DNA from: Alphaproteobacteria bacterium
Lineage (GTDB): Bacteria > Pseudomonadota > Alphaproteobacteria > SHVV01
NCBI GenBank assembly: GCA_965261735.1
Contig: OZ253470.1
Location: forward strand, 1,920,001-1,984,000
Length of the DNA stretch: 64,000 bases
Direction: 5' to 3'
The notes under the pieces were generated by a model, which worked only from the letters and a program-made list of their open reading frames with translations, did not search any database and was not told the origin of the DNA. Below, piece by piece: positions 1 through 9,701 of the stretch (its first letter is position 1; every line of letters starts with the position of its first letter). A program made the position numbers and the translations under genes.

Positions 1-1035
1 GGCGATTTCGCGAACCTCGGCCCAGAACAGGGCCAGCGTTTCGCCCGGCAGCGAGCCGGAGGTGTCGATGATGATGGCGATGGTATCGATGCCCTCCGAG
101 TGCATCGAGGGCAGATAGAGGCCGCTGTCGATGAAGCGCCGGTTGGGAACGCTCCAGCTATAATCGCGGCGCGCGGCATCGGTCATGTAGCGGCGCAACA
201 GCGACCGCCAGTCGAGGATGCTGCGATGCGCTTGCCGGATCGTCTCCTCGACCGCGCCCGGCGCGTTGCCTTGCGCCCGGGCGAGGCTCGCTGCCTGATG
301 CATGGCCTCGTCCCACGCCTGCTCCTCGGCGGGCGTGTCCAGAGGCGATTCGCCGGACTGGCCGGTGGCGTCGCGGCGCTCGTCCGCGTCCATGACCTCG
401 CCGGTGCCGCAAGGGTCGTGGCTGGCGGGCATTTGCCCGGATGGTTCCGAGCTCGAGCTCACGTCACTCACACTCGATTCGTCCTGCTCTTGCGGTTCGC
501 AGTCATCGGTTGGATCGGACGGATCGCTTTGGTCTTCGTCGCCGTCACCGCATTGGGGGCCGGCAGCGCTGCCACTGTCATCCACATCGCTGGATGAAGA
601 CGCATCGCCCGGATCCTCCCCATCGTCGGACGGTTCCGGGAGCCGGTCGTAGGCCTGCTCGGCGCTGATGCCGTCCCAGGCCTCGGCCTCGGGCGGCAGT
701 GCGAAGCCCGCGTCGCGCAGCAGGCCGTGGGTGACCAGCTGAGAGGCCCGTTGCCAGCGCTCCGGGTCGCGGCCGCCCCGCCGGGTGTGATGCTTCAACG
801 CACAGGCCAGGACCACGCGCGCAAGCGCGGTCTTGATGTGATCGGCGTCCGTGTCCGCCACCCATTGGGGCGCGTAGCGAATGTCCTTGCCGTCACTGCC
901 CAGGGTCTCGCGGGTTTCGTCGGGGCGGATCGGCAGCCTTAACGCCAGGCTGCCGAAAAAGGGCTGGTCGCGCAGCAGCGCGGTCACGCAGTCGCTGACA
1001 CGCCGGGCGGATTCGGAGCGGGCATGGGCGGCCAT
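1..1035 (-). CDS. DUF2201-type protein (N-terminal metallopeptidase-like domain + C-terminal VWA-like domain), runs off the window edge
   Basis: Manual translation from ATG at 1035 (TGATG overlap with upstream gene): PFFGSLALRL..TLGSDG..ALKHHTRRGGRDPERW; in-frame C-terminal DWRSLLRRYM..SWSVPNRR..LYLPS..IAIIIDTSGS (MIDAS motif). Confidence 0.85.
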   Translation of the reverse strand, partial: MAAHARSESARRVSDCVTALLRDQPFFGSLALRLPIRPDETRETLGSDGKDIRYAPQWVADTDADHIKTALARVVLACALKHHTRRGGRDPERWQRASQLVTHGLLRDAGFALPPEAEAWDGISAEQAYDRLPEPSDDGEDPGDASSSSDVDDSGSAAGPQCGDGDEDQSDPSDPTDDCEPQEQDESSVSDVSSSSEPSGQMPASHDPCGTGEVMDADERRDATGQSGESPLDTPAEEQAWDEAMHQAASLARAQGNAPGAVEETIRQAHRSILDWRSLLRRYMTDAARRDYSWSVPNRRFIDSGLYLPSMHSEGIDTIAIIIDTSGSLPGETLALFWAEVREIA

Positions 1036-1946
1036 CAGGCTGCCTCCCTGTTTGGGATGTGCCCGTCCGTGGCGGCGGGCGCGAAGTAGCCCGCGAATTG
1101 CGCCGTGAGCGCATCGGCGTCGCGCTTGACCTGCCGACGGAGGTTGGGATCGAAGCGGCCAGACGGGCGCAGGGCATCGGGCTCGATACTGGCGAACTTG
1201 TCCTTCACCTCCCGGCACAGCATGGCCAGGTCGTCGTCGGCGAAGATGTTGAGCCGGGGCACGACGTCCACCAGCTCCCTGATGTTCTCGATCAGGCTGT
1301 CCCGGAACACCAGCGGTTTGCCGTTCTCGTCCTCGCGCAAGCGTTCGCCGACACGCTCGACCGCCTCGCCGAGGCGGCGGTAGAGATCGCGCTGGGCATC
1401 GTTGAGGCGGGTCCGGACCTGTTGCTCGATGTCCCGCCTGACCCGCTCGGTCTCGCCCTGGGCCAGATCGGCCATGAAGTGGCGCGCGTCGGGGACCGGG
1501 ACGATGCGGTAGCGAATGGCGAACTTGCCCTGAAGCGCCTCCGTGTCGGGATAGTCTTCCAGGCGGAACAGCCGGCCGAGGTCAAGGCGGGCCTGGTCGA
1601 CGTAATCGTCGTAGTCCTCGATGAAGCGGGCGCGCTCGCGCACCACGCGCTCGACCAATGTGTCCAGCGCCGCGGTGTAGCGGTCGTAGTTGGCGACGGT
1701 GAGCAGGCGCCCGCCCTGGTCGTCCCAGGGCAGGGTGTTGGCATAGTGGCTGGTCCTCGCATTGCTCATGGTCGCGGCCAGCACGGCGAAGGCCTGCTTG
1801 GGCAAGAGGCGTTTGTTGTAGCGCCCGGCATTGGTGTCGGCGTCGTGATGGATGGCGACCTGTTGGCTCGCCTGGCGGTCGTAGAGCCTGCCGGACCAGG
1901 AGTTGATCCGCAGGCTGACGAGCATGGCGTCATGTGTGAGGTTCAT
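1035..1946 (-). CDS. DUF3150-like hypothetical protein of AAA/VWA gene clusters
   Basis: ORF with AGGAG RBS; MLVSLRINSWSGR..AGRYNKRLL..TLPWDDQGGRLL..DYPD pattern; sits between the AAA and VWA genes. Confidence 0.65.
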   Translation of the reverse strand: MNLTHDAMLVSLRINSWSGRLYDRQASQQVAIHHDADTNAGRYNKRLLPKQAFAVLAATMSNARTSHYANTLPWDDQGGRLLTVANYDRYTAALDTLVERVVRERARFIEDYDDYVDQARLDLGRLFRLEDYPDTEALQGKFAIRYRIVPVPDARHFMADLAQGETERVRRDIEQQVRTRLNDAQRDLYRRLGEAVERVGERLREDENGKPLVFRDSLIENIRELVDVVPRLNIFADDDLAMLCREVKDKFASIEPDALRPSGRFDPNLRRQVKRDADALTAQFAGYFAPAATDGHIPNREAA

Positions 1947-1969
1947 GGCATGGGTCTCCTGGGGTGGGG

Positions 1970-2995
1970 TCAGCGGGTTTTGGCGGCGGCCCACTGGATG
2001 AAGGCCTGGGTGTGCTGAAGCGCGGGCTCGCGGCGGATGCAGGAGCCGACGAGGAACTCGCCGACCTCGCGCCGGAGCCGTGTGGCGTAGGTGACAATGG
2101 CACCGAGATTGATGTCGTCGGCCATCCTGTAGAGCGAGCCGCAGAGCGCGATCAACGCGCTGGCGTTATCGGGGACCACGGCGCCTTCGGGATCGTCGAT
2201 GACGGTGCGGGGATGGGGCAGTTCGTGCCAGACCTGCAAGAATGCCGAGAACTCGACCGCCGCGGCCTCGCCGACGGTGCCCCGGAACAGTGCCCGCTCG
2301 GCGACGGGATCGAGGCCGTTCCGGCGGTGCACGATGTTCGAGACCATTTCCCATGTCCTCGGACATGGAAAAGCTTTCTCCGTCGATTGGGGGTTGAAGG
2401 CGTGCAGCAACTCGGGGCGCATCGACACGAAAAAGAGGACCTCCGGAGCAATTCCATTCGCCGCACCCCAGGCACACCAGTCCGACGCATCGACCCGGAT
2501 CTCCAGGTGGACGAAGCGCGAGGCCAGCGGCGTCGGCATGCGGTGGACAACGCCGCGGTCGCCCTCGCGGTTGCCGCAGGCGATCAGCGCGGCGCCTTCG
2601 GGGAGTTCGTACTCGCCGCACTTGCGGTCGAGCACGAGCTGATACAGGGCGGCCTGCACCATCGGCAAGGCCGAGGGCAGTTCCTCCAGATTGATCAGCC
2701 AGCTTCCGTCCGCGTCCGAGGGCGGCAGGAAAGCGGGCGGCGCCCAGCGGGTGCGGTCGGCGCTGTCGCGCCACGGGATGCCGCGCAGATCGACCGGGTC
2801 CAACAGCAGGGCGCGGACATCGACATACTCACGGCCGGCTTGCGCCGCGACCTGCTGGGCGATCTGACTCTTGGCGCACCCTGGGGCACCCCAGACCACC
2901 ACCGGTTGGCGGGCTTCGACCAGCAGCGCCAATGTGCTGGCGAGTTCGCTCGGGCGCAGCGAGTAATCGGCGGAGATGGTATCGGGCTCGGTCAT
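1970..2995 (-). CDS. MoxR-like AAA+ ATPase
   Basis: Walker A-like GAPGCAKS, DLRGIP, Walker B-like LINLEEL, ACGNREGD, MPTPLASRF, PCPRTWE; start chosen at MTEPD (GGAG RBS). Confidence 0.85.
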   Translation of the reverse strand: MTEPDTISADYSLRPSELASTLALLVEARQPVVVWGAPGCAKSQIAQQVAAQAGREYVDVRALLLDPVDLRGIPWRDSADRTRWAPPAFLPPSDADGSWLINLEELPSALPMVQAALYQLVLDRKCGEYELPEGAALIACGNREGDRGVVHRMPTPLASRFVHLEIRVDASDWCAWGAANGIAPEVLFFVSMRPELLHAFNPQSTEKAFPCPRTWEMVSNIVHRRNGLDPVAERALFRGTVGEAAAVEFSAFLQVWHELPHPRTVIDDPEGAVVPDNASALIALCGSLYRMADDINLGAIVTYATRLRREVGEFLVGSCIRREPALQHTQAFIQWAAAKTR

Positions 2996-3206
2996 GGCAT
3001 GCTCCAGGCTGGCACGTGGGATGGATGAGTTGCGGCGCGGGCGGCCCTCTCGGGCGCCCCGCCTTTTGCCCCGCCTCCGGCTTCGACACCGGCTCTCGCC
3101 GGCCTGTGGCCCGGCATGTGCTCGGGCGGGGTTCGTGGAGCGCGGCCGGGAAGCGGTCGCGGTGCCGCCGTTCAGGGTTGCCGGCGGTGGGACGCCGTCC
3201 TGCCGC

Positions 3207-3644
3207 TTACGGTTCCCGCCCGTCAGGCCGGTTCGCCGGCTTTGCCGAAGCTGTGGCGACGGCGGGCTTACCGGCAAGGATGCGAGCAGCGGCTTCGAGT
3301 TCGGGTCCCGATTCGACGATATGCCCCGCGGCGCGCGCGGCTTCGGCGTAAATGGACAGGGGAAAGGCCGCGGCAAAGTGAATATCGCGCTCTATACCGA
3401 GCCCGAAGGGTCCCCGGTATTCGGTCAATTCGAGCAAACCGATTGACCCTAATTCGGGTGTGCCCAAGCCCAAATCAGCCAGGCCGAATCCACATTCGTC
3501 CGGGAATTCGGGATCGAGTTCCGAGAGCAGCCAAGTGCCCGCGCGGCATGGGTTGAACAGTTTGACCACGGGCTTATGGTCGGCGCCTCTTCGTGTCCCA
3601 TTTGCAAGCAGCTTCGTGCGCTGTTCTTCAGTGAACAGTTTCAT
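3207..3644 (-). CDS. DUF2958 family protein
   Basis: PVVKLFNP..TWLLSELDP..FGLADLGLGTPELGSI..IERDIHF motifs; GAGGA RBS before MKLFTEEQ. Confidence 0.85.
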   Translation of the reverse strand: MKLFTEEQRTKLLANGTRRGADHKPVVKLFNPCRAGTWLLSELDPEFPDECGFGLADLGLGTPELGSIGLLELTEYRGPFGLGIERDIHFAAAFPLSIYAEAARAAGHIVESGPELEAAARILAGKPAVATASAKPANRPDGREP

Positions 3645-3810
3645 GGAATGGTCCTCTCTAATATCGGTGATCGGGATGCAGCCGCACCAAGGCCGTCCGC
3701 GGCGAGCCGAAAACCGGCCCCCGGCCCGGAGTGGCGCAAGGCAGGCGGATAGCGATGGATGAATGCCGTCGGCGGTCAGCCGGCCGGCGTCGTTCCGGTA
3801 TCGCCGGGAT

Positions 3811-4275
3811 TCAGAATGAGCACGCGTGCAGGGCCTCCGCTGACGGCACATCCGGAGCGCCATCGGCTCTGCGGGCGATGGTGACCAGAGGCTTGTTGCC
3901 CGGCGGGGCCGGCGGATCGGCGACCTCCGTCGTGACCGTGCCGGCGTCTTCGACGAAACGAATACGGACGGTGCCGCCCGTGACCTCGATGCCGCCGGGC
4001 GGTCGGAGGCCGGTTAGCGTGACCACGGGCGGTTCGCCGTTCTCAGTGAAACGGTCGGGAACGGGGAGCGCGGTATCGCCCCAGGGGTCGGCATCCATGC
4101 CCTCGGCCAGGGCCTCGACGAATGTTTGACTGGCTTGGTCGATGGACTTCCAGTGGGGATCGTCGCCGGCTTGCTCGATGGCCTTTTCCAGCGCCGCGTC
4201 GAGGGTATCGGCTTCGATCGTTACAGTGTTGTGGTAGTGCGATGCGTAGCCGCAACAGACGGTATAGTGAGTCAT
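3811..4275 (-). CDS. hypothetical protein
   Basis: 154-aa ORF with ATGA overlap to the upstream ATPase gene. Confidence 0.6.
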   Translation of the reverse strand: MTHYTVCCGYASHYHNTVTIEADTLDAALEKAIEQAGDDPHWKSIDQASQTFVEALAEGMDADPWGDTALPVPDRFTENGEPPVVTLTGLRPPGGIEVTGGTVRIRFVEDAGTVTTEVADPPAPPGNKPLVTIARRADGAPDVPSAEALHACSF

Positions 4276-6062
4276 TGGGCCGCCTCCACATTACCGGCAT
4301 CGGTTGTGGCTTCCGTGCATGCGGGTCCGATATCGACGCTGACCTTGCCGCCGCGCACCACGATGGTGACCGTGCGGTCGCGCGGCATGAGCCAGAAGAT
4401 TTCCCGCCATACCGCATCGGCGATGGTGCGCTGGCGGGCTTCCTCGACCGAGCACATGAGCTTGAGCGACATATGCAACGCTTCTTCTTCGAAGCGGGTG
4501 AGTTGCGTTTCCCAGGAGTCCGCCTCCGCGTCGTCGCTGGGACTGAAGAACGCGGCGCGCAGCAATCGGGCGAGTTCCTCGGGCGCGATACCGCTGTCCG
4601 CGGTCACCAGGGGCAGCGCGTCATGGAGCGATGACCATGCCTCGCCCGCGAAGGCGAGATCGGCGGGGACGGCGATGCTGCCGCACTTGCGGAAGCAATG
4701 GCGTGGCGATTCGGGTTGATGCAGAATATTCAGGTGCATCACGATGGTCTCGGGCCGTTCCGGCTCGCCGCCGTCCTCCCCATTGAGGAAACTGTCAAGC
4801 GAACGAACGGCGCCATCCACGGTGACAAGGGTCTCGATGCCGGTGACGCGCGCGAGCGCGTCGTACCAGGGATAACCCTCGAAACGCGGCTCGGGGGCTA
4901 ACAGCCGGAGCGCGGGCTTCGATCCGCCCTGGAGCCCGGTAAGGCCGAGGGCGCGGTGGAGCGCCTGGGCCTCGGGCGGCTCGGGGTCGGCCTGCATCAT
5001 CAGCGCGCCGGAACCCACAGCCGTGAAGGCAGACCGCTCGTCCCAATAGTCGGTGTCGGCGATGGCGGGACGCCAGGGACGCAGGTCGGCGGGCGGCTCG
5101 GGCATCTCGATCCCGGCCTCTTTCGCCTTGTGCCAGTCGGTCCAGGTAAGCCGCGGAGCCGGATCGGCGTGCGCCATGGCGCGGTAGACGGCAAGCCGCG
5201 CGGCTTCGCGCATCTCTTCCAGAAACGGAGTCTCCACCGCCTCTTTCCTCGCCGGCAATACCAGCTCCAGATGGGGGCACGAGTCGATGTCGGCTCGTGC
5301 CGACCAGACACCGCCTTCCACCGTGTCGATCTGGGGCAGGCGTACCGGCAGGGTCAAGCCATGGAAGTTGACATCGGGGACGCGGTAGCCCGCATGGCTG
5401 TCCTTGAAGACGCCGAACACGAGGCCCTTCCATGGCTCGGCATGGAGTGCGCCATCGAGGAAGGCGCGGCGTTCGACGGTCTTGCCGTCGATGGTGACCG
5501 GCAGGGGATAGTGGCGGGCAGCGGTCTCGAGAAAAGCGCGGACCGCGTGGGGCGCCTCGGACGCTTCGAAGGTGACCGCGGTTCCATGGGGCCAGGGGGC
5601 GCTGTCGTCCGGGACGACATGGGCCGCATCGCGGCCGAGGAAGTGAGCGGGCTCCAGCACCAGGCGGCAGCCGGGGCTCGGATCCTGGCCGGGGACGCGC
5701 CAGCGCAGGGTGCAGCCCCGGCGCGAGAGGGCGAGGAGGCCGAACCCGGCGGGATCTTCCGCCTCGGCGATGCCGGCCTTCCAGTTGCTTTCGCCGAAGG
5801 TCAACAGGACGGCGGGATCGGCGATCCCGTCGCCGTCGTCGGCGAGGGTAACGCGGGTGGTGTCGCCGTCCTGCTCGATGGTTGCAGCAACCCGGTTGGC
5901 GCCGCCACGGCGTGAGTTTTGCAGGGTCTCGGTGAAAATATCGGCAAGGCCAGCCGAAAACAGCCGTGTCACCTTGTCGATGGCGCTGTCGCCGACCCGG
6001 GCGTGGATCGTGGCGGAACCATTGCCGGCCTCGGCCGTAACGGCATTCTGTGGGGTAGACAT
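4272..6062 (-). CDS. GHKL/HATPase_c-type ATP-binding protein of mobile elements
   Basis: N-terminal ETLQNSRRGGA, DDGDGI, PAGFGLLAL, GTAVTF Bergerat-fold motifs; AGGAG RBS. Confidence 0.75.
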   Translation of the reverse strand: MSTPQNAVTAEAGNGSATIHARVGDSAIDKVTRLFSAGLADIFTETLQNSRRGGANRVAATIEQDGDTTRVTLADDGDGIADPAVLLTFGESNWKAGIAEAEDPAGFGLLALSRRGCTLRWRVPGQDPSPGCRLVLEPAHFLGRDAAHVVPDDSAPWPHGTAVTFEASEAPHAVRAFLETAARHYPLPVTIDGKTVERRAFLDGALHAEPWKGLVFGVFKDSHAGYRVPDVNFHGLTLPVRLPQIDTVEGGVWSARADIDSCPHLELVLPARKEAVETPFLEEMREAARLAVYRAMAHADPAPRLTWTDWHKAKEAGIEMPEPPADLRPWRPAIADTDYWDERSAFTAVGSGALMMQADPEPPEAQALHRALGLTGLQGGSKPALRLLAPEPRFEGYPWYDALARVTGIETLVTVDGAVRSLDSFLNGEDGGEPERPETIVMHLNILHQPESPRHCFRKCGSIAVPADLAFAGEAWSSLHDALPLVTADSGIAPEELARLLRAAFFSPSDDAEADSWETQLTRFEEEALHMSLKLMCSVEEARQRTIADAVWREIFWLMPRDRTVTIVVRGGKVSVDIGPACTEATTDAGNVEAAQ

Positions 6063-6093
6063 GCGGGTTCTCCTGGTTGTCGATGCGGGAATG

Positions 6094-6130
6094 AAAAACG
6101 CCCCACCGGACTGAAGCCGGCGGGGCGTTG
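6094..6130 (-). terminator. probable intrinsic terminator downstream of parB
   Basis: Minus strand AACGCCCCGCCGG-loop-CCGGTGGGGCGTT ending in a T run. Confidence 0.55.
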
Positions 6131-6153
6131 TCGTGAGGGAAGAACGCGGTGGT

Positions 6154-8712
6154 TCAGCCGCGGCGCAGGAAGGCCGGTATCTCCAGCAACTCCACTTTGT
6201 TGTCGTGGCCGTTGCCGCGCGGCGAGGCCAGGACCTGTTCCGGCTCTACGGACACATCATGGCCGCCGCCCGCGATGGTGATGCGCATGGCGTCATGATC
6301 GGCTGGGCCGGCGTCTCCGGCAGGCGGATCGATTGCTTCCGGCGCGGATTCTGGCGTTGGCGCGGCATCGCTGTTTTTGGCCGAGGCGAGGGCGGCGGCG
6401 CGGCGTACGGCCACGGTGGGAGCATCGATGCTCTCGACGACGGAATGAACGCGTGCGTTCATGGGCTGCTGTGCCTCCACCGGAACGGGATCGGTGTCAT
6501 TGTCCGCCGGAGCACTGGCCTCGGGATCCCTGGCTTGCGAGGTTTCGGCCTCGACGCCCGATGGATCGGGGCCATCATCTTCCGGCGCATCGCCCAACGG
6601 CGTGTCTGCCACAGCCGGTTGCGGTTCGGGGGCGGTTGTCCCCTCGTCACTCACCGTGCCTTCGTCATCGACGGTGCCGGTATCGAAGGCGCGGAAGCCC
6701 GGCGGCGTCCAGGCGATCGCCGCGGCGCGGCCCTCGGCCGTGACCCCGGCGGGCACGCCGCCGCCGTGGGCGAAGGCGTCCTGCATCGCCTTCGCGATGT
6801 CTGCCTTCTTCCGCTTGGCCTCGGCTTGCGCCCAGGTCTCGCCCAGCGTCTCGCGGGCGACGGCGAGGATGCGGTCCTTGCGCAGCCGCGACCACAGCAG
6901 ATCGGCGGTCCAGATCTGATCGCGGTTGCCCCGGACGGCTGCGGCGAAATCGATGCCGAGGCGGGCGACGGTCGCTTCGACCTCGGGCCGGGCCTTGGGT
7001 TCGAACGCCAGTTGACCCTTCAGCGTGCGCGCGACACAGGACGCGAACAGGGTCCGTTTGTCCCGTTCAGAAAGCGCCCGCAGCTCGGCGAAAGCCTCCG
7101 CATCGGGCAGGCCGGTCCAGTCGAGCTTTTGTCCGGCACGGTCGATCTCGAGGTGCTTCTCGCCGACATTGGTGTTGCCGAAAGCATCGTCGTTGACCCG
7201 CATCGCCGGACGGTCCGGCGTCTCGGCCGCCCTGATATCGAGTGCGTCGTCATGGTAGCCGTTGGTGAACACGCCGCGGGCAAGCTGGAACAGCAATAGA
7301 TCGAAGGCTGCCTCGAAGTCGCAGGCGAGTTGGCTCTTGACGATGGCCGTGCGGATGGCCCGCAAGTCGTCGGCAAGACCGATGCCGACGCCCGCTTCCT
7401 TGCGCGCCTCGGCTTCCGCATCGCCGGGCGAAGCGAGGGGAGCCCCAAGTGTGGGAGCGTCGATGCCGGAGATGGTGTTCTCCTCGTCGCCGGTATCGTC
7501 GTGTCCGGCCGCGTCCGCTTCGCCTGATTCGCGAGCGGGCATGTCCTCGGGCCTGACCAGGCCCTGGATCAGCTTGAGCTCGCCGTCGTTGCCGACGGTG
7601 ACGATGCACCCGGCGATGGCGATATCCTCGCGCCGGTAGACCGCGCGGGCCTCGATCGTGCCCTCGATCTCGTCGAGACGCGTCTCGTTGGCATCGGCTT
7701 CCTCGACCAATTCTTCGGTCCAGCCGTCGTCGTCCATGTTGGCGAGTTCGTCGTTGCGGGTCCTCAAGCGTTCGATCTCGGCCTTCTCCTCGTCCGTCGG
7801 CTCGGCCGGTTGCGGACGCACGCGCCCGAAGGCGGCGGTGGCGCTCCAGTCCATGTCGAGCCGCGCCTCTGCCCATTTCCAGCGAGTCTCCAGTTCCCTC
7901 GGCGCCGCCTGGAGGCTGTCCATGGCGAGCTTGTTCAACAGATCGGGATCGTCGAACCAGATCCCCCGCTCGTCCTCCTCGGCGAACAGATCGCGGTCGA
8001 TCTTGCCCCCCGCCGCCTCGTAAGCCTCAATGCCGACGAAACGCGCGATGGCGGATGTAGCGGCTACCCGGTCCTCGGTCAGTAGGCGCTTGATCTGCCA
8101 GGCGCCGGGCCGGTAGCCCTGTTGGCTCACCGTCTCCCAGACCGCGCTCTGGTGCGCCTGATCCGTGGTGACGGCGAAGGCCATCAACGTTTCCAGATCG
8201 ATCTCGCCCGCCCGGTAGGCCTCATGCAGCACCGGTGCGGCGTTGCCGAGCCGCAGGCGTTTCTCCACGGTGCGCTCCGAGACCCCGAAGCGCGCCGCGA
8301 TGGCGGCCGCCGTGCTGCCCGCATCGGCAAGGCGGCGGAACGCCTCGACCTGATCGGCCGGGTGCATGGCGGCGCGGACAGTGTTCTCGGCCAGCGAAAC
8401 TTCTTCGGCCGCCACGATACCGCCGATCATGCGGCAGGGCACGGGGTGGTCCTCGTCCAGCGCGCCCTCGGCGGCCAGCGCCTGCATCGCGGCCAGCCGC
8501 CGTCCGCCGGCGATCACCGCGTAGCGCCCGATACCGTCGTGGCCGGGTCCTATCGCGCTGGCAATCAGGTTCTCGAGCAGCCCGTGGGCTACGATCGAGG
8601 CCTTGAGCTCGGTGAAGGCTGAAGCGTCGGCCGGCGTCTTGCGCACATTGCCGGGAGAGAGTTCGAGTTGGGGCAGCGGGATGTCGCGGATTTCGCGTTC
8701 GGGGTCGGGCAT
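6154..8712 (-). CDS. large ParB/RepB/Spo0J N-terminal domain protein (ICE/plasmid type)
   Basis: IPLPQLELSPGNVRK..ELKASIVAHGLLENL..AGGRRLAA..SLAENTVRAAMHPADQ + HTH; GGAG RBS before MPDPE. Confidence 0.85.
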   Translation of the reverse strand: MPDPEREIRDIPLPQLELSPGNVRKTPADASAFTELKASIVAHGLLENLIASAIGPGHDGIGRYAVIAGGRRLAAMQALAAEGALDEDHPVPCRMIGGIVAAEEVSLAENTVRAAMHPADQVEAFRRLADAGSTAAAIAARFGVSERTVEKRLRLGNAAPVLHEAYRAGEIDLETLMAFAVTTDQAHQSAVWETVSQQGYRPGAWQIKRLLTEDRVAATSAIARFVGIEAYEAAGGKIDRDLFAEEDERGIWFDDPDLLNKLAMDSLQAAPRELETRWKWAEARLDMDWSATAAFGRVRPQPAEPTDEEKAEIERLRTRNDELANMDDDGWTEELVEEADANETRLDEIEGTIEARAVYRREDIAIAGCIVTVGNDGELKLIQGLVRPEDMPARESGEADAAGHDDTGDEENTISGIDAPTLGAPLASPGDAEAEARKEAGVGIGLADDLRAIRTAIVKSQLACDFEAAFDLLLFQLARGVFTNGYHDDALDIRAAETPDRPAMRVNDDAFGNTNVGEKHLEIDRAGQKLDWTGLPDAEAFAELRALSERDKRTLFASCVARTLKGQLAFEPKARPEVEATVARLGIDFAAAVRGNRDQIWTADLLWSRLRKDRILAVARETLGETWAQAEAKRKKADIAKAMQDAFAHGGGVPAGVTAEGRAAAIAWTPPGFRAFDTGTVDDEGTVSDEGTTAPEPQPAVADTPLGDAPEDDGPDPSGVEAETSQARDPEASAPADNDTDPVPVEAQQPMNARVHSVVESIDAPTVAVRRAAALASAKNSDAAPTPESAPEAIDPPAGDAGPADHDAMRITIAGGGHDVSVEPEQVLASPRGNGHDNKVELLEIPAFLRRG

Positions 8713-8876
8713 ATCGGTCTCCGGGATTGCGTGAATGCGGAACCGGGCGGGGACACCCTCTTCGGCATCCGCCCTCGCCCGCCTTCGGCTCAAGCTCTCG
8801 CTCTCGGCGATGTAACGGAACCGGATGGGGCCGGAACGGCTGGGCCGTGCAAGGACGGTTGAATCGATCCCCGCCG

Positions 8877-9320
8877 CTACTGCGTCGGGCAGGTCACCAT
8901 GGGCAAGCGCGGCGCCAGTTCGATACCCGCCACGCGCCATCGGGATGGCGGCAGGCGCTGCCGTGTGCTTGCCCGGTGCCGCCCGCCGGCGCTCACGGTG
9001 AGCTGATGTTCCCTGTAGTAGATTCCGCCGGCCGATCTGTCAGTGTGGGTCGGCGTAATCGCGCCTGCGTTGCCGGTATTGGGATTGTGCCAGCGCGAGG
9101 GCGCCCGGCTTGGACGGGTCTCCAGCGCCGCTTGCCGTGTTCGAGCCGCATAAAGCTTGTCGAGCGAGGCGTCGATCCCGCTGCCGGGAAACAACCCCGC
9201 CATGGTTCCCGCCACCGTGGTCGCGATCCCGAGCTTTCTGGCCGTGAATCCGTACACGCCCCCAGCGATACCGCCGAGCCCCCGCGCCGGCCATCCGCTT
9301 CACCCCATGATCGCCGGACT
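8877..9320 (-). pseudogene. degenerate RT0821/Lpp0805 (17-kDa surface antigen-like) gene, 5' end cut off by IS ends
   Basis: IDASLDKLYAA..WHNPNTGNAGAITPT..YYREHQLTV fragments with frameshifts; paralog of 59000-59480. Confidence 0.65.
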
Positions 9321-9322
9321 GT

Positions 9323-9701
9323 TGTTAAGCGTGGAAAATTGACCCCCTATTGGAGTGCGCCCCTGGACCCGGACAGGTGATGTATAAGGAGTTAACCGGG
9401 GACGCCGGGCTTTCAGAGGATGAAAGCCATGGCAAAGCACCGCACATACAGTATCGAATTCAAGCGGCAGGTGGCGCAGGAGTTTCTCGCCGGGGAGAGC
9501 CTTCACGGGCTCTCCCGGCGCCACGACGTCTCGCGTAACTTGATCCGTGTCTGGGTGGCGAAGCTGGAAGCCGGCACCTACGACGAAGATGCCGAGGCTG
9601 CCGATCTCCTGCAGGAATACGAGGCGAAAACCGCAGCCTGATCTTGTCCACCCTCAGGGGCGCACTCCAGATCGGGGGTCAATATTGAAAGCCGTTTGAC
9701 A
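9323..9701 (+). mobile_element. nested miniature IS: IS21-like ends enclosing an internally deleted IS3-family element (9351-9669)
   Basis: Outer TGTTAAGCG..AATTGACCCCC / GGGGGTCAATATT..CGTTTGACA; inner TGGAGTGCGCCCCTG / CAGGGGCGCACTCCA; OrfA fragment MAKHRTYSIEFKRQV. Confidence 0.75.
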
